A stretch of 64,000 nucleotides of DNA from a virus. The translations under genes were made by a program, and so were the position numbers. The number at the start of each line of letters is the position of its first letter. The first letter of the stretch is position 1. The stretch is from IMG/VR virus record IMGVR_UViG_637000095_000001. One strand, written 5' to 3'. The notes below the pieces were generated by a model, which saw only the letters and a list, made by a program, of their open reading frames with translations, searched no databases and was not told the origin of the DNA. Shown piece by piece: positions 35,890 through 45,681 of the stretch.

Positions 35890-36340
35890 CCTGATCGCCG
35901 ACCTGCGGCTCGACCTGTCCGATCCGGGCGCATCTCTCTTCGAGGACCAGACTCTGGAGAGATGCGTCCGGAAGGCCGTTTTCCGGGTCGGCCGTGACCT
36001 CGACCAATCGCTGACGATCACGGCCGGAGAGATCACCCCCGATCCCACCGGCGAGGTCCGCGAGCTTCTGGTGATCATGGCGCAGATCCACGCCTGCCAG
36101 GTCATGCGTTCGGCCACCGCCAACGCCTTCTCCTTTTCCAGCGGCGACAAGCGGGTGGACAAAACCGGCCAGCCCGGCCACTGGGCCAAGCTCGAGGCCG
36201 ATCTGCTCGCGGACTACCGGCAACGCATCGCCGAACTGTTACCTACCGCGCAGGTCGATCCTGAATCCTACATCCTGACCCCGAGCGGCCTTACGCCGGT
36301 CATCTACGAACAAGGGATCGATCTCGATGTTGTTGAATGA
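35876..36340 (+). CDS. Head-tail adaptor
   Basis: Position after capsid; SFSFSSGDKRVD motif. Confidence 0.65.
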   Translation: MLLSDLIADLRLDLSDPGASLFEDQTLERCVRKAVFRVGRDLDQSLTITAGEITPDPTGEVRELLVIMAQIHACQVMRSATANAFSFSSGDKRVDKTGQPGHWAKLEADLLADYRQRIAELLPTAQVDPESYILTPSGLTPVIYEQGIDLDVVE

Positions 36341-36686
36341 CCGGGAACGCGCCGAAGCCGTGGCCGACGTCGCCCGGCTGATCCTCTCCTCGGGCCAGAC
36401 AGCACGCGTCCTGCGGGTGGTTCCCGGCGAGCGGCTCTACGGCACCGACGATGCCGAATACACGGAAATCTCCGTCATCCCCCTCGAACTGAACGAAACC
36501 CCGCCGGAGGAGCTGAGCGGCAAGATCGACGCGCTTGCCTGTGTCCTTCCGGATGCCGATGTCCGGGGTGAAGACCGCCTGGCCTCAGACAGGGAAACCT
36601 ATCGCATACAGAGTGTGGAAGAAGAACACTTCTTCGGCACCGTCACTCATAAGAACCTGCAACTGGTGAAGCTCAATGGGCGTTAG
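36327..36686 (+). CDS. Head closure protein
   Basis: Position, size, beta-rich pattern. Confidence 0.6.
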   Translation: MLLNDRERAEAVADVARLILSSGQTARVLRVVPGERLYGTDDAEYTEISVIPLELNETPPEELSGKIDALACVLPDADVRGEDRLASDRETYRIQSVEEEHFFGTVTHKNLQLVKLNGR

Positions 36687-37161
36687 GCGGACCGGTGACT
36701 GGGACAAGGCCCGCGCCAAGCTGACCACCGGCATGGGGCCGCGCCTGGCCACGGCCCTGCGTCAGGCCACGATCCGCAACGCCCTTTTTCTGGTGCGCGA
36801 GATCCAGCGGGGGATTCGCTCCCAGGCCCCGGGCGGACAGGCTTTCGTGAAACTCGCCGAAAGCACCATCGAGCGCAAAGGTTCCAGCAAGGCGCTCATC
36901 GACACCGGCTTTCTCATCAACGCCATCACCCAAAAAATCATGGCAGACAAGGCGTTCGTCGGACTGCTGCGCGGCACCGTCAACAAGGACGGTGAAGACA
37001 TGGTGAACATCGGTGCCGTCATGGAGTACGGAGCCACCATCAAACATCCGAACGGCGCGACCATCATCATCCCCGCCAGACCTTTTCTACATCCGGTGAT
37101 GGAGAAGTACCGCGAGCAGATCCTCCAGAACTATCGTGAGGCGATCCGCTCCGCGCTTTGA
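36676..37161 (+). CDS. Neck / virion morphogenesis protein (HK97 gp10 or Mu gpG-like)
   Basis: LAESTIERKGSSKALIDTG.L...GAVMEYGA...IPARPFLHP. Confidence 0.8.
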   Translation: MGVRRTGDWDKARAKLTTGMGPRLATALRQATIRNALFLVREIQRGIRSQAPGGQAFVKLAESTIERKGSSKALIDTGFLINAITQKIMADKAFVGLLRGTVNKDGEDMVNIGAVMEYGATIKHPNGATIIIPARPFLHPVMEKYREQILQNYREAIRSAL

Positions 37162-37165
37162 GCCT

Positions 37166-37196
37166 CCGACACATCGCCAGCGCTTCCGGTAAGTAA
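37166..37196 (+). promoter_or_regulatory. Element-specific promoter motif, copy 7
   Basis: CCGACAC-N13-CCGGTAAGTAA, 4 nt after a stop, heading the tail operon. Confidence 0.85.
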
Positions 37197-37220
37197 CCAG
37201 GCAGAAAACGGAGGCGTCCC

Positions 37221-37844
37221 TTGAGCACGATACAGACCGTCACAGAAACCCTGATCCGCCTGGCCAAGCAGGCCATCCATCCGGACACCGTGCTGGTGTT
37301 CCCGGATGACCTGTTCGAGGTCCAGCGCACCCCCAGCGTCATCCTCCAGGGGCCGAAACTGACGGAAGACCGTTTCCGCCGCAGCCAGAGCCGCCTATTC
37401 GAGAAGAATGTTGCGGAGCTGACTTTCGAGGAGTGCCGGTTTCCCAGGCTCTATCACCTCGATTTCGATCTGGTGGTGACCGTGGACCGGGAGGCCGAAC
37501 TGCTCGGTTTTCACGAGTCAGTGTCGCGGTTCCTCCAGCTTCACGCGGAGATCGCCATCGCCGACCAGGGCAGTTTGAACCTCACTGAACTGGTTCCTCT
37601 GGGCGGTCTGGCCCGGGTGAACCTCTCCAACCTCCGGCAAAGCTCCGGACGCATCCGTATCGAATCCTGCCCGGTGTACGACGGCGACCTGCGCGACGGT
37701 CGGCTGATCCGGGACCGGACCTTCCAGTTTCATGTCGCACATCCCTGTGCTCCACCCCTTCGGGGCGACCTGCGGTCGTGCCAACCGGCTGTCCTGCCGG
37801 TTGGTCACGGCGACGTGACAGAGCAACGAACCATTCAACCGTAA
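37221..37844 (+). CDS. Tail terminator/completion protein
   Basis: Position before sheath; GGAGG RBS with TTG start. Confidence 0.6.
   Translation: MSTIQTVTETLIRLAKQAIHPDTVLVFPDDLFEVQRTPSVILQGPKLTEDRFRRSQSRLFEKNVAELTFEECRFPRLYHLDFDLVVTVDREAELLGFHESVSRFLQLHAEIAIADQGSLNLTELVPLGGLARVNLSNLRQSSGRIRIESCPVYDGDLRDGRLIRDRTFQFHVAHPCAPPLRGDLRSCQPAVLPVGHGDVTEQRTIQP
37731..37805. repeat. 75-nt four-hairpin REP-like segment inside the CDS
   Basis: GCACA-tccc-TGTGC, CCCC-ttc-GGGG, CGACC-tgc-GGTCG, CCAACCGGC-tgtcct-GCCGGTTGG in tandem, flanked by TCA. Confidence 0.6.
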
Positions 37845-37856
37845 AGGAGAACAACC

Positions 37857-38114
37857 GTGATCGAGATCAGAAACCTGCAGTTCCAACCCCTGACGTTCAA
37901 CCTCTCCGGCCAGGGAACCCTTCACCTCGGGCCGCGAGAACGCAAGAGCATCGCCCGCAAGGACCTCTCCGCCGAGATCAAGACCGCCGGAAAACGCGGC
38001 CTGGTGCGCATCACCGACCTGACCGGCGGCGCGGAACCGGAACCGGAAAAGCCCACGGCAACCGAGGACGCCGCAGCCGATGAGGCCAAGACCACCAGCA
38101 AGCGGAGGAAATAA
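37857..38114 (+). CDS. Small protein preceding the sheath
   Basis: AAGGAG RBS; 85 aa. Confidence 0.7.
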   Translation: MIEIRNLQFQPLTFNLSGQGTLHLGPRERKSIARKDLSAEIKTAGKRGLVRITDLTGGAEPEPEKPTATEDAAADEAKTTSKRRK

Positions 38115-38116
38115 CC

Positions 38117-39646
38117 ATGCCGACCTATCTATCGCCCGGGATTTACACCCGGGAAACGGACTTCAGTTTCTATGTGAAGCAGATCTCGACCTCGTCGGCT
38201 GCCATGGTCGGAGTGGCCGAGAAAGGCCCGATCAACAAGCCCGTGCTGGTGACGAGCTGGGAACAGTTTATCAACCGTTTCGGCTCCTATATCAACGAAA
38301 GCTATCTGGCCTACGCCGCACGGGCGTTTTTCGACAACGGCGGGGCGGTCCTCTACGTCACCCGCATCGCCCATCTCACCGACTCCACCGACCGGGACAC
38401 CCTGACGGCGCTCAAATCTTCCATCGTGCTGCAGAACCGGGAGGCGACGCCCGCCGACGCCCTGCGGATCGAGGCCGTGAACGAAGGCGTCTGGGGCGAC
38501 CGACTCTCCATCTCCATCGAGGACGGTTCTCTCGATCCGGCCAACCATTTCAACCTGGTGGTCCGGCACAAAGGCGATGTGGTCGAGGTGTTCAAGGATC
38601 TGAGCATGGACGAGACGCTGCCGAACCATGTGGAGCTGGCGATCAACGACCGCTCGGATTTCATCTTGGTCCAGGATCTGGCCGCAGCAATGGGAACGCC
38701 CAGCGACCGTCCGGCATTGGGCGTGTTCACGCTCAGCGGCGGCGACAATGGTCTGACCGATCTGGCCGATGCGGACTTCATCGGCGATCCCTCGCAGCAT
38801 ACCGGCCTCTATGGCTTTGACGAGATCGACGCCCTGAACCTGCTGATGGTCCCCGGCGTCACGACGGTGCCGGTGATCAACGCCGGAATCGCCTATGCCG
38901 AGGGGCGCAAGGATCTGCTGTTCATCGCCGACACGCCCATGCACCTGGAGCCGCTCGAAGCGGTAGATTTCCGCAAGGGACAAGGGATGTACAGCCACGC
39001 GGCCTTCAACTCCTCCTACGCGGCGCTCTACTACCCCTGGCTGGAGATCAGCGATCCGGTCAACTCGCGCAAGAAGCTGGTGCCGCCCTGCGGCGCGGTG
39101 GCGGGATGCATCGCCCGCAGCGACCAGAAGACCAACGTCTGGAACGCGCCCGCCGGTATCGACCGTGGCCGCATCTTCAACACGCTCTCCCTGGCCTACA
39201 AGACCAGCCGTGGCGAGCGCGATGTGCTCTATCCGGAAGGGGTCAACGTCATCGCCGTGTTCCCCGACACCGGCATCAACATCTGGGGCCAGAAGACGCT
39301 GCAAAGCCAGCCCTCGGCCGTGGACCGCATCAACGTGCGCCGTCTGATGATGTTCATGGAGGAAGCCATCTCGGAATCCTCCCGCTTCGTGGTGTTCGAG
39401 CCGAATCATCCCCAGACCTGGCGTGCCCTCGGCCGCCTGATCAATCCCTTCCTGCAGGACATCAAGGACAAGGGTGGCCTCTACGACTTCGCCTTCCAGT
39501 GCGACGAGGAGACCAATACCCCGGCGGTCATCGACCGCAACGAAATGGTGGCCCGCGTGTTCGTCAAGCCGACCAAGACGGCGGAGTTCATTGAGCTGAA
39601 CTTCATCCTGACCAGCACCGGCGCGGACTTCAAAGAAATCATCTAA
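38117..39646 (+). CDS. Contractile tail sheath protein
   Basis: YLSPGIYTRE, AALYYPWLEISDP...PPCGAVAG, WNAPAG, IWGQKT, INVRRL...FEPN, VKPTKTAEFI. Confidence 0.95.
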   Translation: MPTYLSPGIYTRETDFSFYVKQISTSSAAMVGVAEKGPINKPVLVTSWEQFINRFGSYINESYLAYAARAFFDNGGAVLYVTRIAHLTDSTDRDTLTALKSSIVLQNREATPADALRIEAVNEGVWGDRLSISIEDGSLDPANHFNLVVRHKGDVVEVFKDLSMDETLPNHVELAINDRSDFILVQDLAAAMGTPSDRPALGVFTLSGGDNGLTDLADADFIGDPSQHTGLYGFDEIDALNLLMVPGVTTVPVINAGIAYAEGRKDLLFIADTPMHLEPLEAVDFRKGQGMYSHAAFNSSYAALYYPWLEISDPVNSRKKLVPPCGAVAGCIARSDQKTNVWNAPAGIDRGRIFNTLSLAYKTSRGERDVLYPEGVNVIAVFPDTGINIWGQKTLQSQPSAVDRINVRRLMMFMEEAISESSRFVVFEPNHPQTWRALGRLINPFLQDIKDKGGLYDFAFQCDEETNTPAVIDRNEMVARVFVKPTKTAEFIELNFILTSTGADFKEII

Positions 39647-39661
39647 CGGGAGAACACGGCT

Positions 39662-40123
39662 ATGAGAAGCGGAAATATGCCCAAGAGCCTTTACCAGAAC
39701 TGGCAGTTCGCCATCGAGGTAAACGGCTTCGACGTGGCCCTGTTCCACAAGGGACAGGAGCCCAAAACAGAATTCGAGGAAGTGGCCTTTGCCCCGGCCG
39801 GTTCGATGTTCGACCAGAAGGTGGCGGGGCGGGTCAAGTTCGAGGACATCACCCTCGAGAAAGGCAACCTGCAGGACGGCTCCGACGAGGCGGCACGCGA
39901 ATGGATCAAGAAACAGGTGGACGTGAACGCCGTCACCGGCGGCCTTCCGGCCGACTACATGCGCGACATCGACGTTGTCCGCTACGACCGCACCGGCAAC
40001 GAGACCCGCCGCTGGACCCTGCATGGGGCCTGGGTGAAGGCGCTCGAATACGACGAGCTCGAAGGCGGCAACACCGAGAACACCATCGAGAAGCTCACCA
40101 TCTGCTTCCAATACTGGACCTAA
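39662..40123 (+). CDS. Tail tube protein (T4 gp19-like)
   Basis: FAIEVNG...KFEDITLEKG...W...RRWTLHGAWVK...IEKLTICFQY. Confidence 0.9.
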   Translation: MRSGNMPKSLYQNWQFAIEVNGFDVALFHKGQEPKTEFEEVAFAPAGSMFDQKVAGRVKFEDITLEKGNLQDGSDEAAREWIKKQVDVNAVTGGLPADYMRDIDVVRYDRTGNETRRWTLHGAWVKALEYDELEGGNTENTIEKLTICFQYWT

Positions 40124-40138
40124 ACCGGAGGATCGACC

Positions 40139-40816
40139 ATGTACAGCTTTGAACTGCCAAGCGGCACTGAACTCGAGCTCCGGGAAATGACCGGGGCTGA
40201 GGAAGAACTACTCACCAACCAGCGCCTGATCCGCTCCGGAGAGGCGATCAACCAGGTGCTCCGCAACTGTTTCGTCCGGCTGGACGAGAAGACCGCCCCC
40301 GATCTTTCCGAGGTGATGAACCTGCTCTCGGGTGACCGGCTGTTCGCCCTGGTCCGCCTGCGCCAGATTTCCCTTGGGGACGAGGTGGAGCTGGAGCTGA
40401 GCTGTCCGAACAGCGCCTGCCGCATGACCAATTTCGTGACCGTCAATCTCGAGGATCTCAAGGTCACCCCCTACGGCGAGGAGCGGGAGTTCTCCTTCAA
40501 GCTGCCCGGCTCGAAGAAAACCGTGCGCTTCGGATATCTCGATGGCCACAAGGAAAAGCGACTGGCCAGCCTGCGCGAGCCCAATATCAGCTCGGCCATG
40601 CTCATACGTATCCTCGACATCGACGGCAAGGCTCCCTCCAAGAAGAGCCTGGCGGAAATGTCGATGCGCGACCGCAACGCGCTGCGGCAGGAGATGTCGC
40701 GGGTCGACGCGGGAATCGACACCTCGGTCGAAACCGAATGCGATGGCTGCGGCACCAAGATCCGCACCCGCCTGGAGGCCGAACCGGCTTTTTTGTTCCC
40801 AGGAGTTCGCTTGTAA
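40139..40816 (+). CDS. Tail assembly chaperone (G-like)
   Basis: Between tube and tape measure; LREMTGAEEELL, GDRLFALVRLRQISLGD, CPNSAC and CDGC. Confidence 0.8.
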   Translation: MYSFELPSGTELELREMTGAEEELLTNQRLIRSGEAINQVLRNCFVRLDEKTAPDLSEVMNLLSGDRLFALVRLRQISLGDEVELELSCPNSACRMTNFVTVNLEDLKVTPYGEEREFSFKLPGSKKTVRFGYLDGHKEKRLASLREPNISSAMLIRILDIDGKAPSKKSLAEMSMRDRNALRQEMSRVDAGIDTSVETECDGCGTKIRTRLEAEPAFLFPGVRL

Positions 40817-40959
40817 GCGACGCATTCTTTCTCGCTTACGGCGGACTGCACTGGGGCTGGTCGGAAACCCGCTCGCTGCCGCTCAGGGTCCGGCGTCAGT
40901 TCGTCGAGGCCCTCGAGCGGCAGCTTGATTTTGAACGTGAGCAAACGGAACGGCGATAG
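40789..40959 (+). CDS. Chaperone GT extension via -1 frameshift at T TTT TTG
   Basis: Slippery heptamer 40789-40795 in the G frame; the -1 frame stays open to 40959 (FFLAYGGLHWGWSETRSLPLRVRRQFVEAL) and has no RBS of its own. Confidence 0.7.
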   Translation, partial: FFVPRSSLVSDAFFLAYGGLHWGWSETRSLPLRVRRQFVEALERQLDFEREQTERR

Positions 40960-43900
40960 ATGAACGGCGATCTCGGACTGGGCATAGTGGTATCGATGAA
41001 GGATGCGTTCTCGCAGAACGCGCAGCGCATCCGTGGCTCCATGATGGACCTCGATTCCACCGTGGCGGATGCCAGCGAGCGGATGACCCGCAACCTGGAC
41101 CGTATCCAGCAAGGCACCATGATGCTTGGGGCGGGGCTGGCCCTGATGGCAGTGCCCGCCGCCTTGGTCGCCTCCACCGCCGCGACCCAGAAGGCCCTGG
41201 GAGAGCTGGCGTCCTTGGGCGTGCAGGATCTCCGTGCCATCGAGGACGCCGCCGAATCCTTCACTAACCAATGGTCCGGTGCCGACAAGGCCGCCTTCAT
41301 CACCGCCACCTACGATGTGAAATCGGCCCTGTCCAACCTCAGCGACGAGGCGGTGGGCGTCTTCACCTCCATGGCCGCCATGACCGCCAAGGCGACCAAG
41401 GCCACCACCCAGGAGATGGTCGGCACCTTCACCACGGCCTACGGGATCTTCAAGCCCATCATGGCCGACATGAACGACATGGAATGGGCGACCGCCTTTT
41501 CCGGAGCCATGGCGCAGACCGTGGCCTCGTTCAAGACCAACGGCACCCAGATGGCCGACGCCATCAAGAACATCGGCGCGGTGGCGGCCGCGAGCAATAT
41601 TCCGCTGAACGAGCAGCTCGCCGTGCTCGGTCAGCTCCAGACCACCATGCCCGGCTCAGAGGCGGGCACGCTGTACAAGGCGTTCATCATGAAGGCGGCC
41701 GAGGCCGGTGACGAGCTTGGCCTGTCCTTCACCGACACCAGCGGCCGTCTCAAGGGCGTGGTTCCCATCCTGCAGGAGATCAAGCGCCAGTTCCCCGATC
41801 TCTCCAACGCCGCCGCCCAGGTGAAGCTGAAGAAGGCCTTCGGCTCCGACGAGGCGGTCAAGTTCCTGCTGCAGATGTCGGCGGGCATGGAGAGCCTCGA
41901 AGGGAATATCCAGTCGGTGGGCCGGGCCATGAAGACCGGCACGGCGGTCACCGAACAGATGGCCGACGCCATGAACCAGGATATCGGAGCCCGGTTCCTG
42001 CTCCTGCGCCAGCAGATGGCCAACCTCAGCGAAATCCTGGGTCGCACGTTGTTGCCGGTGGTCACGCCGGTGATAAACGGCGTCTCCCGCGTCATTCTGT
42101 TCCTGCAACGCATGGCCAAATCGATGCCGGGTGTGACCCGGGTGGTCCTGGGGCTGTCCATGGCCCTCGGCACCATTCTGGTCGTGGCCGGAGCCGTCAC
42201 CGCCGCCGTGGGCATGGTGGGACTCATGCTTCCAGCCATCAAGGCCGGGTTCGTGGCCATCAGCGCCGCGTTGGCCGGGGTGGGTTCGGCGGTCGCGACC
42301 TATTTTCTGCCCGTCACCGCGATCATCGCGGGCGTGATCCTCTCGGTGTATCTGCTCAAACGCGCCTGGGAAACCAACTTCGGCGGCATCCAGGACGTCA
42401 TAACCGGGGCCTGGAACAAGGTCTCGCTGGTGTTCCGGGGGGTCAGAGAGCTGGTGGGTTCGCTCAGCGGCGGCGTCGGACAGATGTCGGCCGAACTGGC
42501 CCAAAAGCTCGAATCCGCCGGTCTGCTGGGCTTCGTGGTCACCGTCTTCAAAGCCTATTACCGCGTTCGTGAGGCCCTGGCCGGATTGTGGGGCGCTTTT
42601 TCCCATGCCTTTGGCCGCATCCGCGCCATCCTCGAACCGACCGTCCGCACCCTGATGAGCGCCTATGCGGCGCTGGCCAGCGCGGTCTTTTCGGTGGTGG
42701 AGATTTTCGGTGTGGCGGCCAGCGCCACCGATGGTTCGTCCTGGCGAACGTTCGGCACAGTCATCGGCACTGTCGCCGGTGTGCTTCTTCAGGGGTTGGC
42801 TTTCGCACTCAAGATCGTGGCCTGGAACCTGTCTCTCATCGTCCGAGCCCTGGCGGTCGTAGTGCGCAGCGTGGTCTGGGTCGGCAAGATCATCGTCGGC
42901 ACTTTGGTCGGTGCCGCCAAGTTCATCTACAAGTTTCTGTTGCCCGTGCGGATGATCGGCGAGGCCTTCGTGGCCGCTGGGAAGATCGTCTATGCGGTCT
43001 GGCAGGTGCTGAGCGGAGATATCTCTCTGCTCGACGGCCTGAAGGCCATTGGCGGCGCGGTCTACGATTTTCTGGCCACCCCGTTTCGCTGGGCGCGGGA
43101 TGTGGTGGTCGGCGTCTGGAATTTCATTTCCGGCATTTTCACCTCCATCGGCCGCCTGGTGGCCGACGCCGCCGGACAGATCGGCCAGGCGATTCTGAAT
43201 CTGCCGATCATCAGCACCCTGCGGGATCTGTTTGCCACCGTGCGCTCCTTCTTCGCCGGGGATACCACCTTTTTCGAGGCGGGCAAGAAGCTACTGATCA
43301 CCCTTGGCGAAGGGATCTGGTCGGCGGTGACCTATCCCTTCACCATGCTTAAGAACGCCCTCGGCAAGCTGCGCAATCTGCTGCCGTTCTCCGATGCCCG
43401 CGAGGGACCACTCGCCAGCCTGACCGCCTCCGGTTCCGCGCTGCTCAAGACCCTCGCCGACGGCATGAGCCTTACCCAGTCGCTGCCCGCGAAAGTTTTC
43501 GGCTTCGCCGCTCGCGGGATTCTCTCGGACGCTGCGGGAGCCTGGCAGCAGATCAAATCGGCGGGCGGCAACCTCATGGAAGCCGCCTCGGCTCCCTTCC
43601 GGATGGCTGGAAAACTCTGGGATGGGCTGACCACCGGGGCTCAATCCGTCGCGGCCAAGGCCGGTGCCATCTTCGGCGGTCTCAAACAATCCCTGTTTGG
43701 CGACACGCCCGAACTGGCGCTCACGCCGCCCCAGGTCAATACCTGGGACGCGCTGGCCACAGGAGCCGTCAATCTCCGCGACCGGATCGTTGCCACGCTG
43801 TCTGCCGTCCCCGGGGCTGTCGGTCGAATCTTTACCAACGCCGGTGCCGAGGGGCAAACCCTCTGGCAGAGGCTTTCCACCGGCGCGAGCGCGGGCATTC

Positions 43901-44595
43901 AGGCGATCAAGGATAGAAGCGCTGGGATCGCCAACGGTTTGCTCTCCTCCGCTCGTGCCATGCTGGGAGTCCAGACCCCGATTCCGCAGGTGGCCGAGCA
44001 GAAGCAAACACTCGGAGCTGCGCAGCCCGCCGAATCGATTGGGCAACGCATCATCGAAAGCGTGCTGAGTCTCGTGCCGCGTCTGGACGAGCGCCTGGTG
44101 CCCAAGGCCCTGAGCGCCATGCTGATGCTCCAGCCGGTCATGGCCACTGCCGCGCCGCCTCCGCAACCGATGAACGGCATCGTGCAGACCGTCGCAGCGG
44201 CCGTCGAGCCGGTAAGTAAGAGCTATATCCAGCCGTTCGCGGTGGAACCGCCACTGGAAAACGGAGATGCCTCTCTGGCTCCGGCCGGGATCGAGCGGCC
44301 CAAGACAACCGCGCCGACTCCGATAGCGAAGCCCCTGCAATCCGGACTCACCGAGACGGTGCCTTCCGAACGGTTGATCGCTCCGGCCCGCACCGCTCCC
44401 GCGACACCCATGCGCGGAGAGGAAGCCGGTCCGGGAGTGCGCGAACTGCTGGAATCCCTGCTCTCGCGCCTCGATGGCCTGGCCGACCGCCCGGTGGAAT
44501 TGAGCGTGACCACCAACATCGATGGTCGGAAGGTGGCCGAGGCGGTCTACAAGGACCTGCGGGAGCGGAAGATCAGAAACTACGAAACCCTGTGA
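40960..44595 (+). CDS. Tape measure protein (TP901-type core)
   Basis: 1211 aa, Ala/Gly-rich amphipathic helices, Trp-spaced repeats. Confidence 0.92.
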   Translation: MNGDLGLGIVVSMKDAFSQNAQRIRGSMMDLDSTVADASERMTRNLDRIQQGTMMLGAGLALMAVPAALVASTAATQKALGELASLGVQDLRAIEDAAESFTNQWSGADKAAFITATYDVKSALSNLSDEAVGVFTSMAAMTAKATKATTQEMVGTFTTAYGIFKPIMADMNDMEWATAFSGAMAQTVASFKTNGTQMADAIKNIGAVAAASNIPLNEQLAVLGQLQTTMPGSEAGTLYKAFIMKAAEAGDELGLSFTDTSGRLKGVVPILQEIKRQFPDLSNAAAQVKLKKAFGSDEAVKFLLQMSAGMESLEGNIQSVGRAMKTGTAVTEQMADAMNQDIGARFLLLRQQMANLSEILGRTLLPVVTPVINGVSRVILFLQRMAKSMPGVTRVVLGLSMALGTILVVAGAVTAAVGMVGLMLPAIKAGFVAISAALAGVGSAVATYFLPVTAIIAGVILSVYLLKRAWETNFGGIQDVITGAWNKVSLVFRGVRELVGSLSGGVGQMSAELAQKLESAGLLGFVVTVFKAYYRVREALAGLWGAFSHAFGRIRAILEPTVRTLMSAYAALASAVFSVVEIFGVAASATDGSSWRTFGTVIGTVAGVLLQGLAFALKIVAWNLSLIVRALAVVVRSVVWVGKIIVGTLVGAAKFIYKFLLPVRMIGEAFVAAGKIVYAVWQVLSGDISLLDGLKAIGGAVYDFLATPFRWARDVVVGVWNFISGIFTSIGRLVADAAGQIGQAILNLPIISTLRDLFATVRSFFAGDTTFFEAGKKLLITLGEGIWSAVTYPFTMLKNALGKLRNLLPFSDAREGPLASLTASGSALLKTLADGMSLTQSLPAKVFGFAARGILSDAAGAWQQIKSAGGNLMEAASAPFRMAGKLWDGLTTGAQSVAAKAGAIFGGLKQSLFGDTPELALTPPQVNTWDALATGAVNLRDRIVATLSAVPGAVGRIFTNAGAEGQTLWQRLSTGASAGIQAIKDRSAGIANGLLSSARAMLGVQTPIPQVAEQKQTLGAAQPAESIGQRIIESVLSLVPRLDERLVPKALSAMLMLQPVMATAAPPPQPMNGIVQTVAAAVEPVSKSYIQPFAVEPPLENGDASLAPAGIERPKTTAPTPIAKPLQSGLTETVPSERLIAPARTAPATPMRGEEAGPGVRELLESLLSRLDGLADRPVELSVTTNIDGRKVAEAVYKDLRERKIRNYETL
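44189..44219 (+). promoter_or_regulatory. Element-specific promoter motif, copy 8 (inside the tape measure gene)
   Basis: CCGTCGC-N13-CCGGTAAGTAA. Confidence 0.65.
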
Positions 44596-44603
44596 GAGGA
44601 CCG

Positions 44604-44915
44604 ATGAAACGCATCTTTGTCTGCAGCCCGTTCGCGGGCGGCATAGCCCGAAACGTCAGGGTCGCCGAGGCGCTTTGCCGCCGGATCATGCGAAGTGGTC
44701 ACGCGCCGTTCGCGCCGCACCTGCTGTATCCGACCTTTACCGATGACAGCGTTCCCGAGCAGCGGGAGACGGGCATCGCCTGCGGCCTGGCTTACATGGA
44801 ATGTTGCAACGAGGTATGGGCGTTCACCGGCAACGGCATTTCCAGCGGCATGCGGCTGGAACTCGACCGGGCCGGACAACTGGGCAAGCCGATCATCGAG
44901 ATCGCCGAGGTGTAA
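44604..44915 (+). CDS. DUF4406 / nucleoside 2-deoxyribosyltransferase-like protein
   Basis: IFVCSPFAG...APFAPHLLYP...CCNEVWAF...ISSGMRLE...GKPI. Confidence 0.75.
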   Translation: MKRIFVCSPFAGGIARNVRVAEALCRRIMRSGHAPFAPHLLYPTFTDDSVPEQRETGIACGLAYMECCNEVWAFTGNGISSGMRLELDRAGQLGKPIIEIAEV

Positions 44916-44918
44916 GGA

Positions 44919-45389
44919 ATGGCCTGGGATCAACAGCCCATCAAGGGATATCTGGTGGATGCCGACACGGGGGAGCGGCTCGAATTCCAGTACAACCCCA
45001 ACTCCATCAGCGACGAGAAGTCGACCGACTACGCGACGATCAAGATCCCCGGCATGAGCCATCCGCGTTACCAGTACGTCGCTGGGGAACCACGCCGGAT
45101 CGCCTTCAAGGTCGAGCTGTTCAAAGGGCCGGTAAAGCAGAAGGTCGACTGGCTCCGCTCGTTGCAATACCCGGAGCACGCCGGAACCATGCTCAAGAAT
45201 GCGCCGCACCGCGTGCTGCTCATCTTCGGCGATCTCTATCCCGGCGTGACCTGCATCGTCCGGCAGGTGAAGGCGCGGTTCTTCGGCCTGTTCGATCGGG
45301 ACAACCTGCTGCCGCAACGGGCCGAGGTGGACATCGTCCTCGAGGAATACGTGGACCGTTCCATCAACTGGTCGGAGGTGCGCTCATGA
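44919..45389 (+). CDS. Tube-initiator / CIS-tube-like baseplate protein
   Basis: LEFQYNPNSISDEKS...QYVAGEPRRIAF.VEL...PHRVLLIFG...RAEVDIVLEEY. Confidence 0.8.
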   Translation: MAWDQQPIKGYLVDADTGERLEFQYNPNSISDEKSTDYATIKIPGMSHPRYQYVAGEPRRIAFKVELFKGPVKQKVDWLRSLQYPEHAGTMLKNAPHRVLLIFGDLYPGVTCIVRQVKARFFGLFDRDNLLPQRAEVDIVLEEYVDRSINWSEVRS

Positions 45390-45676
45390 TCGGCCGTGAT
45401 TCCCGATACGCCCGCTGCGTTCTCTACCGGGACAGCGACGGCACCTCCCTCGGCATGCGCCAGCGCATCGACACCACCCCCAGATACGACGACCGCCTGC
45501 ACACCGTGGTCGAAGGCGACCGCCTGGATCTGCTCGCGCACCGCTATCTGGGCGATGCCCGGCTCTGGTGGATCATCTGCGACTACAACGACATCTTCTT
45601 TCCGCTGGAACTCGATCCGGGCCTGGCGCTGCGCATACCCTCCCGCGAACACGTCCAGATGCGCCTGCTCGACTGA
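45386..45676 (+). CDS. LysM/gpX-like tail protein
   Basis: HTVVEGDRLDLLAHRYLGDARLWWIICDYN...LRIP; start moved to ATG 45386. Confidence 0.85.
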   Translation: MIGRDSRYARCVLYRDSDGTSLGMRQRIDTTPRYDDRLHTVVEGDRLDLLAHRYLGDARLWWIICDYNDIFFPLELDPGLALRIPSREHVQMRLLD

Positions 45677-45681
45677 AGCGT

